DNA of 62,782 bases, the filler included, from Reclinomonas americana ATCC 50394 (lineage: Eukaryota): NCBI GenBank assembly GCA_048213135.1. It is 47 parts of 47 records of this genome, joined end to end, with 100 filler letters (N's around TTAATTAATTAA, not from the genome) between each part and the next. Parts side by side here need not be neighbours in the genome. Positions count along the whole stretch, not along the records: positions 1 to 1,246 come from AFZH01026004.1; positions 1,347 to 2,585 come from AFZH01026005.1; positions 2,686 to 3,928 come from AFZH01026006.1; positions 4,029 to 5,273 come from AFZH01026009.1; positions 5,374 to 6,618 come from AFZH01026010.1; positions 6,719 to 7,962 come from AFZH01026011.1; positions 8,063 to 9,305 come from AFZH01026012.1; positions 9,406 to 10,648 come from AFZH01026013.1; 39 more parts are not named here. The stretch is one strand, 5' to 3'. Each line of letters begins with the position of its first letter. Position 1 is the first letter of the stretch. Positions 1-10,457 of the stretch are shown in pieces. A program made the position numbers and the translations under genes. Below the pieces are notes generated by a model that was not told the origin of the DNA, ran no database searches, and saw only the letters and a program-made list of their open reading frames with translations.

Positions 1-303
1 GGGCGTGTGTTTCTCAGCGACGTGCTGCCGATGGCCGACTCGGAGCGGCTGCTGCACGCGTTCAGGGAACACTACCGGACGGGGGCGACGCACACGATCT
101 TTTGTGCGTCAATGATCCAGCGGCATCCACAGGGGCACAGCATGGCGTCGCTGACGCCGGTGGTGGGCGCCGCCACCTTTTTGCGACCGCTAGCGGCGGC
201 CGAGAATGGAGGAATCAAGCAGCAGCATGACACGGAAATGACGGCCATGTTGCATATTCTTCAGCTCAGTTCGGCGACGCAGCCTTCTTCGTCGACTGCG
301 TGA
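1..303 (+). CDS. 3' end of an unknown eukaryotic protein
   Basis: Open from the contig edge to TGA at 301-303, coding-like composition, converges on the kinase-RING gene; no firm motif. Confidence 0.35.
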   Translation, partial: GRVFLSDVLPMADSERLLHAFREHYRTGATHTIFCASMIQRHPQGHSMASLTPVVGAATFLRPLAAAENGGIKQQHDTEMTAMLHILQLSSATQPSSSTA

Positions 304-478
304 GAGGAAGTGAATATTTATTGTCGAGAAAAGGGGGAAGGGGGTATGCGAGAAGGGGATGAAGGGAAAAGGGAGAGGAGAAAGGGGAAGAGCAGCTCTT
401 CTTTCCTCATTTCTTTCTTGAGTGTTTCTTGCCAATTGAAATCTGTAACTACATGTTTTGCACTTTCAACCACAGTCA

Positions 479-1246
479 TCACGGGCTCACGGCGGCCGCA
501 GCCGACGGTGGTGCCTGCACAATCGTGTGATAACCGTATTCGTCGCCGAAGTCGAAGCGAGTGACCGAGGTGCGACAGAGAGGGCACTCTCCACGTCGTT
601 CGACCACTTGCTGCGCACAGTTGCGGCACATCACCTCGTGTCCGCACGGACGCAGTCGAGTGTCGCGCACATCGTAACAGAGAACGCACGCGCGACGGCA
701 CGACAACGCAGTGAGATCGCGCATCTCCGTCACCAGCTCGTCGGCACTCGGTCGGCGATCGGGTCGATGGTCGACACAGCTGTTTGTCGACTCATGAGGG
801 ACGATCTATGCAGTACCAACATGCACGGGGCTGATGCATTCTCACCGCATGGCCAACCGCACCAGACGGCGACAGACGGATATGGGCCATTCCCGGCCAA
901 CTGCGGTGTCGGCCAGTAGCACAGCGGCCTCATCGAGTTTCGCCACGTCGTCGTCCTCCACCATCGCCTCGATCCACTTGTGTACCTCGGCAATCGGCTG
1001 ACCGGAGAACAGTTGCAGCAGAATGAGTCCAAGGCAGTACACGTCGGCAGTTGGGTGCAGAATGCCACGCAGTGCCTGTGGATCGGCATAGTTGGGGTCG
1101 CCGGCAAACTGCACCGAGAGGTGTGTCTGCTTGTCGCCACACCCGTGAGGACATTATCGGTGAGCAGGCGAGGGAAAAGAGAGTGCATACTCACTCCGCC
1201 GGTGCGGAACCAGTGCGCGATTCCGAGGTCCGAGATGCACGCCTGG
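479..1246 (-). CDS. RLK/Pelle(IRAK)-like protein kinase C-lobe fused to a C-terminal C3HC4 RING finger (5'-partial)
   Basis: Removing GT-AG introns 1194-1130 and 845-780 gives ACISDLGIA...FAGDPNYADPQ...TADVYCLGLILLQL...RCVDHRPDRRPSADELV, then CVLC...PCGHEVMCRNC...CPLCR. Confidence 0.8.
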
Positions 1247-1346
1247 NNNNNNNNNNNNNNNNNNNNNNNNNNNNNNNNNNNNNNNNNNNNTTAATTAATT
1301 AANNNNNNNNNNNNNNNNNNNNNNNNNNNNNNNNNNNNNNNNNNNN
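1247..1346. other. Artificial contig-joining spacer (first of 46 identical ones)
   Basis: N44 + TTAATTAATTAA + N44 recurs about every 1.34 kb (linkers at 1291, 2630, 3973 ... 61496); the 12-mer gives stops in all six frames. Confidence 0.99.
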
Positions 1347-1479
1347 AGTCCTCCTCGCGCGGCCCAGCATCCGGCTGATGCTGATCTCGGTGCTCGTCAT
1401 CATCTCCGGGCAGTTCACCGGCTTCACCTATATCCGGCCGTTCCTCGAGCATGCGCCGCAGCTCGGCGTCACCGCGATC
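1347..1479 (+). CDS. Internal (about TM7) fragment of a DHA1/NepI-like MFS transporter, displaced by a chimeric junction
   Basis: LLARPSIRLMLISVLVIISGQFTGFTYIRPFLE matches the F..FTYIRPFL segment of this MFS family; the similarity ends at GATC 1476-1479. Confidence 0.7.
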
Positions 1480-2001
1480 AAGGGCAAGTTCGCACGCCAT
1501 GGTGGTCAGCAGGGCCGGGATCGCGGGCTCATGCACCGCCATCTCATGCACCCACATCAGCTCCGGCATCATCCGCAGCATCGGGTGCTGGGCGTCGACG
1601 TTGAAGCAGAGGCTGGCGCTGAAGAACAATGTCGCCTCGCCACTGCCTTCTCCGGCGCCGCCGCCGCGTGCCTCGGCGATTTCGCCGCAGCAGTGCTGGA
1701 AGGCGCAATGCCCGGTCGGTTTTGCCGACAGGCCGGGCTCGCTGGCGAGCGCATGCTCGACGCCGCGCGGCATCAGCACGGCATCGCCCTGTTCGAGCCG
1801 GACCCATTCGCCCTCGGGGGTACGCAGCCAGCAACCTTGCTCGGCCATGAAATGGAAACGGGCGGCCGGCTGGGCCGGGAACAGCAGGCACCAGGGCGTC
1901 GTCATCTCGTAGCGGGCGTAGTCTACGCCTTCGAGCCGGAGGCCGCGGAGCATCTCCGTGAGCGGGTCTGGTCCCGATCTTCTGGACGATTGGTCAAGCA
2001 T
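1476..2001 (-). CDS. AraC-family regulator, N-terminal cupin domain (truncated before the HTH), bacterial
   Basis: MLDQ...DPLTEMLRGLRL...PWCLLFP...ARFHF...LEQGDAVLMPRG..H, typical of cupin-AraC proteins; divergent from the MFS gene. Confidence 0.85.
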
Positions 2002-2082
2002 ACCGGGTTTTCTAGCATGGAAGCTCCAGGCGGTCACGCCTAACTCCGGTGTCCGAACTTCTCCGTTTTTTTGGAGCATCCG

Positions 2083-2585
2083 ATGTCGGATTCCTTGTCA
2101 GCCACAGCCGATGCCGAACTCGTCGGCCTCGTGCCCGAAGAGCGCGCCGCCGCCTGGCCTGCGGTCTTTGCTCTCTCCATGGGCGTGTTCGCGCTGGTCA
2201 GCGCCGAATTTCTGCCGGCCAGCGTCCTGACCTCGATCGCTGCCGACCTCTCGATCAGCGTCGGCGCCGCCGGGCAGACCGTCACCGTGACCTCGCTGGT
2301 CGGGGTCGCCGCTGCGATCTTCACGCCGATCGTCACCAGCCGCTTCGACAGGCGCCTGGTGCTCTGGTCGCTGCTGGCGCTGCTCGCCTTGTCGAGCCTG
2401 GTCACGGCGCTCGCCAACGGCTTTACCATGCTGCTGGCGGCGCGCTTCCTGCTCGGCCTCGCGCTCGGCGGCTTCTGGTCGATGGTGCCGGCGCTGACGC
2501 TGCGGCTGGTGCCGGCGCAGTCCGTGCCGCGGGCGCTGGCGCTGATCTCGGCGGCGTCTCCGTCCGCCTTCATCGCGGCGGCCGC
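2083..2585 (+). CDS. MFS transporter, DHA1/NepI-like (3'-partial), bacterial
   Basis: GGAG RBS before the ATG; VFALVSAEFLPASVL, AGQTVT, RFDRR loop, ARFLLGLALGGFWS. Confidence 0.92.
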
Positions 2586-2685
2586 NNNNNNNNNNNNNNN
2601 NNNNNNNNNNNNNNNNNNNNNNNNNNNNNTTAATTAATTAANNNNNNNNNNNNNNNNNNNNNNNNNNNNNNNNNNNNNNNNNNNN

Positions 2686-3845
2686 AGAAGAAGAAGAAGA
2701 AGGCACAGCTGCAACAGGACCAGTCGGGCTCTGCCGGTGAGTACCTGTCTTGTCACCGAAGGTTGTGATCCCATTGTCCTCACTCTTTGATGTATTTTGT
2801 GACCGCAGTGCCTGTCGATGCTGTTCAATCGTCCACTGGAACATCTGTTTCGTTGGCGTCCACCCCAGCCTTCTCTGCCCGGCTATCGCTTATCTGGCAT
2901 GCATCTCCGCAGGCATCCGGTACACCCGTCGCCGCCTCCTCGCACTCTCCGCTCGAGCAAGCTGGCCCCATCGGCCAGGCAGGCGGCCAAGGACAAGTTC
3001 TGCCGCAGCCCAGTGCGCTGCAGCAGGAGCTTGAGGAACAGCAACAGCGGACAAGCGAATGGCAAGCACGTGTGCAGCACTACGAGCGTACCGCCGCGGA
3101 GCTGCGTCAGGAGGCTGAGGCGGCGAAGCGTGAAAAGGAGGAAATTTTGCAGCGAGTGCAGCAGCAAATGGCGGAATTGCAGCGACAACTGGACGAGCAG
3201 CAAGCGACGATGAGCGAGTGGGAATGTCGCGTGCAGGCCAACGAGAACGTGATTGCTCAGCACGCTGCCACGCTCCAGCAGCACGAAGCCGCGCGCATTG
3301 CGCTGCAAGAGGCACTGGATCGAGTGGACGAGCAGCGACAGCGCGAGCGTGACAGAGCTCAGCGACTCGAGGCTAATCTGGCCGCCGTGCAGCGCGATCT
3401 CACCCACCGAGGTGCGTTAGGCAGCAGAAGAAGGGGAAGTTCGATGATAATGGGAAGCTCACTTTGTTTGTTTGATGACGATGAATGCAGCGCCATTGAC
3501 GGCATTCTCGTGGGAACAAGTGGTGTCGATGAGCAGCAACTTTGAGGAGCGACTGGGCGGCGCCGGCGGACAGGGCCAGGTGTTTTGCGGGCAGTGGGCC
3601 GGACAGAGTGTGGCGATCAAGGTGTTTGACAGTGCGCTGCCGTGGTGCATCGAGTCGTTCTCCAATGAGGTGAGGGTGGGGAATGGTGACGAAGAGAGAA
3701 GGAGAAAATGTGTGCATCTCACTCTCTTCATGCTTGCATGTCAGTTGGAGAAGCTCAAGGCGGTGAGTGTGGCTGGTGTTGTGCCACTGATTGGGTTCGC
3801 GGAGTCGGACGACGGCAAACGATGTGTGGTGCTCGAGGCGATGAG
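2686..3845 (+). CDS. Coiled-coil protein with an RLK/Pelle-like kinase N-lobe (partial)
   Basis: Long Q/E-rich coiled coil; after introns 3412-3490 and 3670-3744: FSWEQVVSMSSNFEERLGGAGGQGQVFCG...VAIKVF...SFSNELEKL...VVPLIGF...CVVLE. Confidence 0.8.
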
Positions 3846-4045
3846 GTGAGTGTGAGGGAAACAGAGGGAGAGAGAGAGGAGGGGGAGGGGGGGGGGGCGT
3901 GGCGTGGGCGGGAGCAGTGCATGTGATCNNNNNNNNNNNNNNNNNNNNNNNNNNNNNNNNNNNNNNNNNNNNTTAATTAATTAANNNNNNNNNNNNNNNN
4001 NNNNNNNNNNNNNNNNNNNNNNNNNNNNCGAGAAAAAAGTTGCCT

Positions 4046-4263
4046 CAACAAATTCATTCACCAACAAACAAGCAACAGCTGTCTTGATGACCAAGTTCAA
4101 CCGTATCCAAAACATCAACACAAACACCAATCTTGAGGCAGCAGCAGGTTCCTTGTGTGGCTGTGTTCGCTCTCGGAGCTCCGAACAAGTCGAGAACTGC
4201 GATCTTCACCGCATAAGCGTGGTTGACCAGTGGATTTGACGCACTTGCATAAACGCATAGCGT
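4046..4263 (-). mobile_element. 3'-terminal fragment of an RLE-type non-LTR retrotransposon
   Basis: 4190-4263 is nearly identical to 28181-28253 (end of the retroelement relic); 4046-4215 matches 50492-50682 in reverse complement. Confidence 0.75.
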
Positions 4264-4914
4264 TTTCTGCGATCGTACACGGCACATCGAATTCGGGAAA
4301 AGGCCATAAGCCAGGCAAGCAAAGCAAAGCCGGGTCCGGATCCGTGAAGCAAGCAAAGCAAAAGCAGTGGTGGTACCGGTGGCCTTCGAATCGAATTCCT
4401 CGGTAAAATGCAAACAAAGGAATGCCGGGGGAAAAACGCCAGAATGACAAGCACGCTAGCGCGCGACGTACACCCCCGTGCCCTTCTCCAACAGCGAATG
4501 CATCGCACTTGTCATGAGCCGTGGTTTCTCTTGCAGACGCGCCAGCATTAGCCATCTCGACTTTTTCTCGCTTTTTTTCGTGATGTCTGAGTTTTCGGTG
4601 CTCACTCAAGATGGTGATCATCATGCAGCTGTGTTGCTGTTTGGATTAATAATGTTGTTGTTGTTGTTGTTGTAAAACTCAGTGCTGTCGCCAATGCCGG
4701 CGATATAAATGCGGACATACATCAATGTGCATCAGTACGCAGCGCCGTTGGTGGCCGAACGGCACAACGGAGGCAGAGACCATGATTCGCCAAAGGGCAG
4801 TCGTCTGAGTATCGTGCCGCACGAAGAGGCAACCGGCATTGTCCCATCGGTTTGTCCCCATCCATCAATTTATTCACACACACACGCACACACAGACGCA
4901 TACACACGCACGCC

Positions 4915-5273
4915 ATGCGGCCTCATGCCGCCCACTCTCTCCTCCTCCCCCTCGCCCTCCTCCTCCTCCTCCTCTTTCTCGTCACACAAGTCGCCTGCGC
5001 CTCCTTCCCAGTCGCCGACGAACTGGAGACTGCGCGACGACATGGTGTGCACGAGCTGACAGTCGGCTCCAAGTTCAACCCCGACCTGTCATTTCACGTG
5101 TCGTGGGAAGACCCCGCCATCAAGACACTCGAGGAAGCAGGCACGTGCACACACGCACAATGATTTGCGCGCGAAAACCAGACGAATGCATTCTCACTCA
5201 ATCACACACACTCTCTCTTTGTGCTCAGCTGTGGCCTCTATGACCAGAAGAGAGCGCTTCTTCAACAGCGTCG
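4915..5273 (+). CDS. N-terminus of a putative secreted protein
   Basis: MRPHAAHSLLLPLALLLLLLFLVTQVACA signal-peptide-like start, followed by an exon and an apparent intron. Confidence 0.5.
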
Positions 5274-5470
5274 NNNNNNNNNNNNNNNNNNNNNNNNNNN
5301 NNNNNNNNNNNNNNNNNTTAATTAATTAANNNNNNNNNNNNNNNNNNNNNNNNNNNNNNNNNNNNNNNNNNNNAGAGGAGAGGAGAGGAGAGGGGAGGAG
5401 AGGGGAGGAGAGGGAGGAGAGGGGAGGAGAGGAGAGGAGAGGGGGGAGAGGGAAGAGAGGGGAGGAGAGG

Positions 5471-5504
<34 letters not shown>

Positions 5505-5773
5505 GAGAGACACAGAGAGCACAAGCACACAGCACAGAGATAGAGACAGACAAACGGACAGGCAGGCAGGCAGACAGACAAACAGAGAGAGACAGATAGA
5601 GTAGAGAGAGACAGCGAGAGAGAGGCAGACAGAGCAAATAAGCACAGAGAGTGTCTGTGAGAGAGTAACTAGATTGAGAAACAGAAAGAGAAAGAGAGAC
5701 ACATAGACACGCAGGCAAACAGACAAACAGACTGGCACTCTCTCTATCTCACTTAATTTCTCACACTCCTCAC

Positions 5774-6162
5774 CTTTAAGTCCATACACGCGCGCCGTAA
5801 AATCCCCCTGCAGTGTAATCACCACCACCGTTTTGCGAGACTCCGACTCCTCCTCCGTCATATCCCACGTGCACACGATCTTGAAATTGTCGTCGTACGG
5901 CACCTGCTCCAGCTGCACACGATGCACGGCGGTGAACCGATGTGGCGACAGGCGTACCTCCTCTAATACGCGACACCTGCACAAGGACGACATTCGCATC
6001 GACGACAACAAAAGCGCCTCAGAGTCTCGAGATGGTCGCGCAACTTGACAGTGTGCTTGTCGATCAGAGACTTGAGGGCGAACGGTGGGTTGATGTGCGT
6101 GCGGAAGGTGCTGACGCGGGTGAGGATCTCTCCATTCTCTTTCCAGGGGCCGATGATGAGCT
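5774..6162 (-). CDS. VASt (StART-like sterol transfer, GRAMD1/Lam-type) domain, internal exons
   Basis: PWKENGEILTRVSTFRTHINPP...K|CRVLEE...EQVPYDDNFKIVCTW (VPY.D.F motif); intron 6044-5977. Confidence 0.75.
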
Positions 6163-6487
6163 CTGTGAAGTGGAGGGGAAAGGGGAAGCAAGTGGAAGGT
6201 GAACGTCACGGCAGAGAGGATAGACATGAGAGATGCACAGAGAGAGAGAGAGAGACACAAGTGATAGTGAGAGACAAGTGCAGAACTTGCTGCCTCATGT
6301 TGCAATGTATACAACTGTAAGTGCAGAGACAGGGATGCACAGAGAAAGAAGGGAGGGAGGGAGAGAGAGAGAAGAGAGGAGAGAACAGAACGAGAGAGAG
6401 GCAAGAGAGTCAGGTGAGAGGAGAGTGTCCCCAAGTGTGCAGTTGTGAAACCATTATGCGAGTGCAGCGATGGAAACGCAATGAGAG

Positions 6488-6490
<3 letters not shown>

Positions 6491-6574
<84 letters not shown>
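6491..6574. repeat. (GA)n microsatellite
   Basis: Perfect dinucleotide run at the contig end. Confidence 0.95.
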
Positions 6575-6578
<4 letters not shown>

Positions 6579-6718
6579 TACGTACGTAGTACGTACGTAC
6601 GTACGTACGTACGTACTANNNNNNNNNNNNNNNNNNNNNNNNNNNNNNNNNNNNNNNNNNNNTTAATTAATTAANNNNNNNNNNNNNNNNNNNNNNNNNN
6701 NNNNNNNNNNNNNNNNNN

Positions 6719-7029
6719 GGCACGAGGAGGCGATGCAGCTGCGTGTCTGGTGCAATGTCGCGATGGTATTGACTGCGATTCGGCAGAGCGATGCGCACTT
6801 CGCCGTCTCTGGCTCTCCACGCACTCTTCGAGACACTGAAGAAAACAGGCTTCCCAGGAAGCGGGTGGTGACCCGCTCTCTCCATCAACGGCTTGTCGTA
6901 GACGGCGTCGAGACTCGCGTCCTCGCATCCATGGAGTACGTCAATGACTGGGTGCTCCTCTTCTCCTGGGAGCAGGTGACAATTGATGTCAACATTGCAC
7001 ACGAGATGTGCGTGCACAAGGTGACATGA
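6719..7029 (+). CDS. 3' end of a hypothetical protein (intronless)
   Basis: Open from the contig edge to TGA 7027-7029; globular-looking sequence, no recognised motif. Confidence 0.45.
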
Positions 7030-7036
7030 TCAAGGT

Positions 7037-7741
7037 TCACGTACCCGCATTCAGCTTGGTCACATGATACGCGTAGTCTATTTTGACTGGAGGCAGACGC
7101 AAAGCTCGAGGCATAGGCGGCCGCGGCGGTGCGCTGCGTGCCACCGAATTTTTCGAAGTAATGTGGCCTGGAGAGTGCGACTTCATACCGGCTGCAACAA
7201 GCGCCTCCGAACGCGGGCCAGCATTCCCGCCGCTCGAAAAAACATCCTGCACTCCGTCTGCCTCAGCCTCTGCCTCCGCAGTGTCGTCGTCATCCATGCC
7301 ACCTTCACCAAGCTCCATGCTCGCAACCACATTGGTATCGACTGAGCCAGATGCGGATCTGTAAATGTAGTCTGCGCCATGATCGTCGATCTCGATCGCG
7401 ATGCGCACGTCATGGTGCGTGTCGCCCTCGACAACGTCGGCTGTTGCTTGCTCATCAGACTGATCGTCGATCCTCATAATCACATCTCCCTCTGCTGCAA
7501 CCTGGTCGACAGGAATTACTTCATCAGTCGCGTATATAACAGGAACATGCTCAATCGCATGGGTATCAGCGCCGCCACCGCCAGTGCGCTGTTGCTGCTC
7601 TTGGTTGCGGGGCTGGGGAACATGTTGTTCATCACCTCTCATGCGTTTGCCCAATATACGTTGCTTATCACCAGCGTCGCGCACGCGTCGATTCTCCATA
7701 TCACCGCTACCGGCTTCACCCTTGTTGACAGTGGACTGCAT
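7037..7741 (-). CDS. Hypothetical acidic/disordered protein, about 234 aa, intronless
   Basis: Uninterrupted ORF from ATG 7741 with an AT-rich upstream region; its stop lies 7 nt from the stop of the convergent ORF. Confidence 0.55.
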   Translation of the reverse strand: MQSTVNKGEAGSGDMENRRVRDAGDKQRILGKRMRGDEQHVPQPRNQEQQQRTGGGGADTHAIEHVPVIYATDEVIPVDQVAAEGDVIMRIDDQSDEQATADVVEGDTHHDVRIAIEIDDHGADYIYRSASGSVDTNVVASMELGEGGMDDDDTAEAEAEADGVQDVFSSGGNAGPRSEALVAAGMKSHSPGHITSKNSVARSAPPRPPMPRALRLPPVKIDYAYHVTKLNAGT

Positions 7742-8062
7742 TGTTTTCGCTCTCCTTGCTTTCTTTGACGAAATAAAAAGGCCCAAAAAGCTCGAATAGG
7801 ACGTTTAGTTGAATAGATTTAAGTCGGTTGACGCACGTCGCATTGAACTTCTCATCGGAGGCTGCCTTCCCTTGGGACGCTTCGCCTCTTTTATTAACAG
7901 CAAGCAACGTAATCCGTCTTGAAGACCACATGCGTCGACGTCGACTTTGCTCTTGACTTGATNNNNNNNNNNNNNNNNNNNNNNNNNNNNNNNNNNNNNN
8001 NNNNNNTTAATTAATTAANNNNNNNNNNNNNNNNNNNNNNNNNNNNNNNNNNNNNNNNNNNN

Positions 8063-9305
8063 GGAACAAGGTCGTCGCCACGGTGCAGGAGTTCCCGGCC
8101 GACCTCGCCGTCACGAATCTCATCTCGGTCGACGTGACGCAGGCGATGCCGTTCCTCACCCGCGTGGCCTTGCGGCTGCCGGTCGCGAAGGCGCGCGAGT
8201 CACGCGCCGCACTCACCGAGAAGGTGCGAGGCACGATCACCTGGGATGCTCTCGTGAAGTCGGCACCGATCCCCGCGTCGCACCCGAAGCCGTCGACCGA
8301 CGACCTGGCGATCATCCAGTACACGTCCGGCACCACCGGCACTCCCAAGGGCGCCTCGCTCAGCCACCGGAATCTGCTCGCCAACGCGGCGCAGGCCCGG
8401 GCATGGGTGCCGTCGATCCAACGCGGCAAGGGATGCGTCGTCTACGCGGTGCTGCCGATGTTCCACGCGTACGGCCTCACGCTCTGCCTGACCTTCGCGA
8501 TGTCGATGGGCGCCCGGCTCGTACTCTTCCCCAAGTTCGATCCCGACCTGGTGCTGGATGTCGTGAAGAAGCACCCCGCGACGTTCCTGCCGCTCGTTCC
8601 GCCGATCGCCGACCGGCTGCTCGCCGCCGCGCGCGAGAAGGGCGTCTCCCTCGACGGCATCGAGGTGGCGATCTCCGGCGCGATGGCACTGCCGCACGAA
8701 CTCGTCGTCCCGTTCGAGAAGGCCACGCACGGATACCTCGTCGAGGGCTACGGCCTCAGCGAATGCTCCCCGGTACTGATGGCCAATCCCGTCGCCGAGC
8801 ACCGGGTACCCGGCACGGTCGGACTCCCCCTCCCCGGAACCGAATGCCGTGTGGTCGATCCGGAGAACCCCACGCAGGACGTGCCGGAGGGCTCGCCCGG
8901 TGAGCTCGTCGTGCGCGGACCGCAGGTCTTCTCGGGCTACTACGGCAAGCCGGAGGAGACCGAAGAGGTGTTCGTCGACGGCTGGTTCCGCACGGGAGAC
9001 ATCGTCACGATCGACGAGGCCGGCTTCATCCGCATCGTCGACCGCATCAAGGAGCTCATCATCACCGGCGGGTTCAACGTCGCGCCCACCGAGGTCGAGA
9101 ACGCGCTGCGACAGCATCCGCAGGTGGTGGATGCCGCGGTCGTCGGGCTCGCGAGCGAGCACTCCGGCGAAGAGGTCGTCGCGGCGATCGTCGTGGACAG
9201 TGGTACGGATGTGGATGTCGAGGCGATCCGCGAGTTCGCCCGCAGCATCCTCACCCCCTACAAAGTGCCGCGGCGCATCTTCGTGGTCGACGAACTCCCG
9301 AAGTC
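8063..9305 (+). CDS. fadD: Long-chain fatty-acid--CoA ligase (partial), actinobacterial
   Basis: YTSGTTGTPKG, LPMFHAYG, EGYGLSE, GELVVRGPQVFSGY, GWFRTGD, DRIKELIITGGFNV adenylation-domain motifs. Confidence 0.95.
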
Positions 9306-9405
9306 NNNNNNNNNNNNNNNNNNNNNNNNNNNNNNNNNNNNNNNNNNNNTTAATTAATTAANNNNNNNNNNNNNNNNNNNNNNNNNNNNNNNNNNNNNNN
9401 NNNNN

Positions 9406-9569
<164 letters not shown>

Positions 9570-9871
9570 TCACGCACGCACACACACACACATTTATTCT
9601 TCCTGTGTACGTGTGTTTATAGGTGCTTGCGTGAATGCAGATGTCGGTCAATCTGTATTCCTCTAACTTGCCCATTCTTCCTCTCTAATCTTCGCTTCCC
9701 ATTTCTCTCTTTCTACCTCGCGTGTGTAAGTATATCATAGCCAATCCGCCCTCTCTTACGTCATCCCTTGTTCTGCATTTCACTCTCTCACTTCTTTCCT
9801 TCTCACCTCCACCGTTACTCCATCTCTCCCTCATCCCTTCCTTCCCTTCCTTCCCCCTTCCCCCAACACAC

Positions 9872-10457
9872 CTTCACCGCATACGCCACCGTGGTCAGCG
9901 CCTGCACGACAAAGTTCTGCGTCTCAAACTCCTTCCGAATAGGACCCGCCATGCGCAAAAACTCCTCCAGAATCAACCCGTTGCGCTCCGACAAGTGCGG
10001 CACGTGCATTTCAGCCTGCCAGTCACACTGAGTCAGCCGAGTATATACAAAGCGATATAAATGAATGGATGCCGTACCCGCAAGTGCCAGAACAAAATGT
10101 GCCCGATGAGGTGCGGGCTCTGAATGGCGCGGCGCAACAGGAATCGCGCCAAGTGCGAGTCGTGGTGGGCCTCATACTTGAGGACCTGCAGCACAGAGGT
10201 TGAGCGCATGACAATGGGAGACGAGAAGAGAGATAGCAGACGCACTTGCGTCAACTGCAACATCATGTCGTACAGGGTCGAGTCGTCCAAGTCGTCCAGC
10301 CGCTCCACGGCGTACGCACGCACAGTTTCGTCCGTTTGTCCGCCGTCCAGAAGCTGCCGAGGAGGGCGTGAGAAGAGAGTAAAAAAGGAAGACAGCAAGA
10401 GCGTCACCAACCTCCAACGCATCAATGGCACTTGGTGGCGACCACTCCGACAGTAGC
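9872..10457 (-). CDS. Phosphoinositide 3-kinase (class I/II-like), accessory/helical domain exons
   Basis: Spliced: AIDALE|LLD...VRAYAVERL...LQLTQ|VLKYEAHHDSHLARFLLRRA...IGHILFWHLR|AEM...RNGLILEEFL. Confidence 0.92.

Noticed and set aside
780..845. Stop-codon reassignment (in-frame TGA in the kinase and other host genes)
   Set aside because: Each stop checked falls inside a GT-AG intron; complete ends use standard stops (TGA in Pth2, Rab4 and Dpy-30).
1291..1302. Regularly spaced TTAATTAATTAA as a biological repeat or CRISPR-like array
   Set aside because: Always embedded in N44 blocks; it is a six-frame-stop assembly linker. ORFs ending in X...LIN are artefacts.
5322..6434. 370-aa ORF and similar ORFs rich in LS/ER/CV/HT
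   Set aside because: Translations of microsatellites and unspliced introns; only the embedded VASt exons are credible.
8200..9162. Long antisense ORFs on bacterial contigs (also 58940-59974, 25452-26279, 43129-43863)
   Set aside because: Shadow ORFs caused by high GC3 bias opposite well-supported genes.
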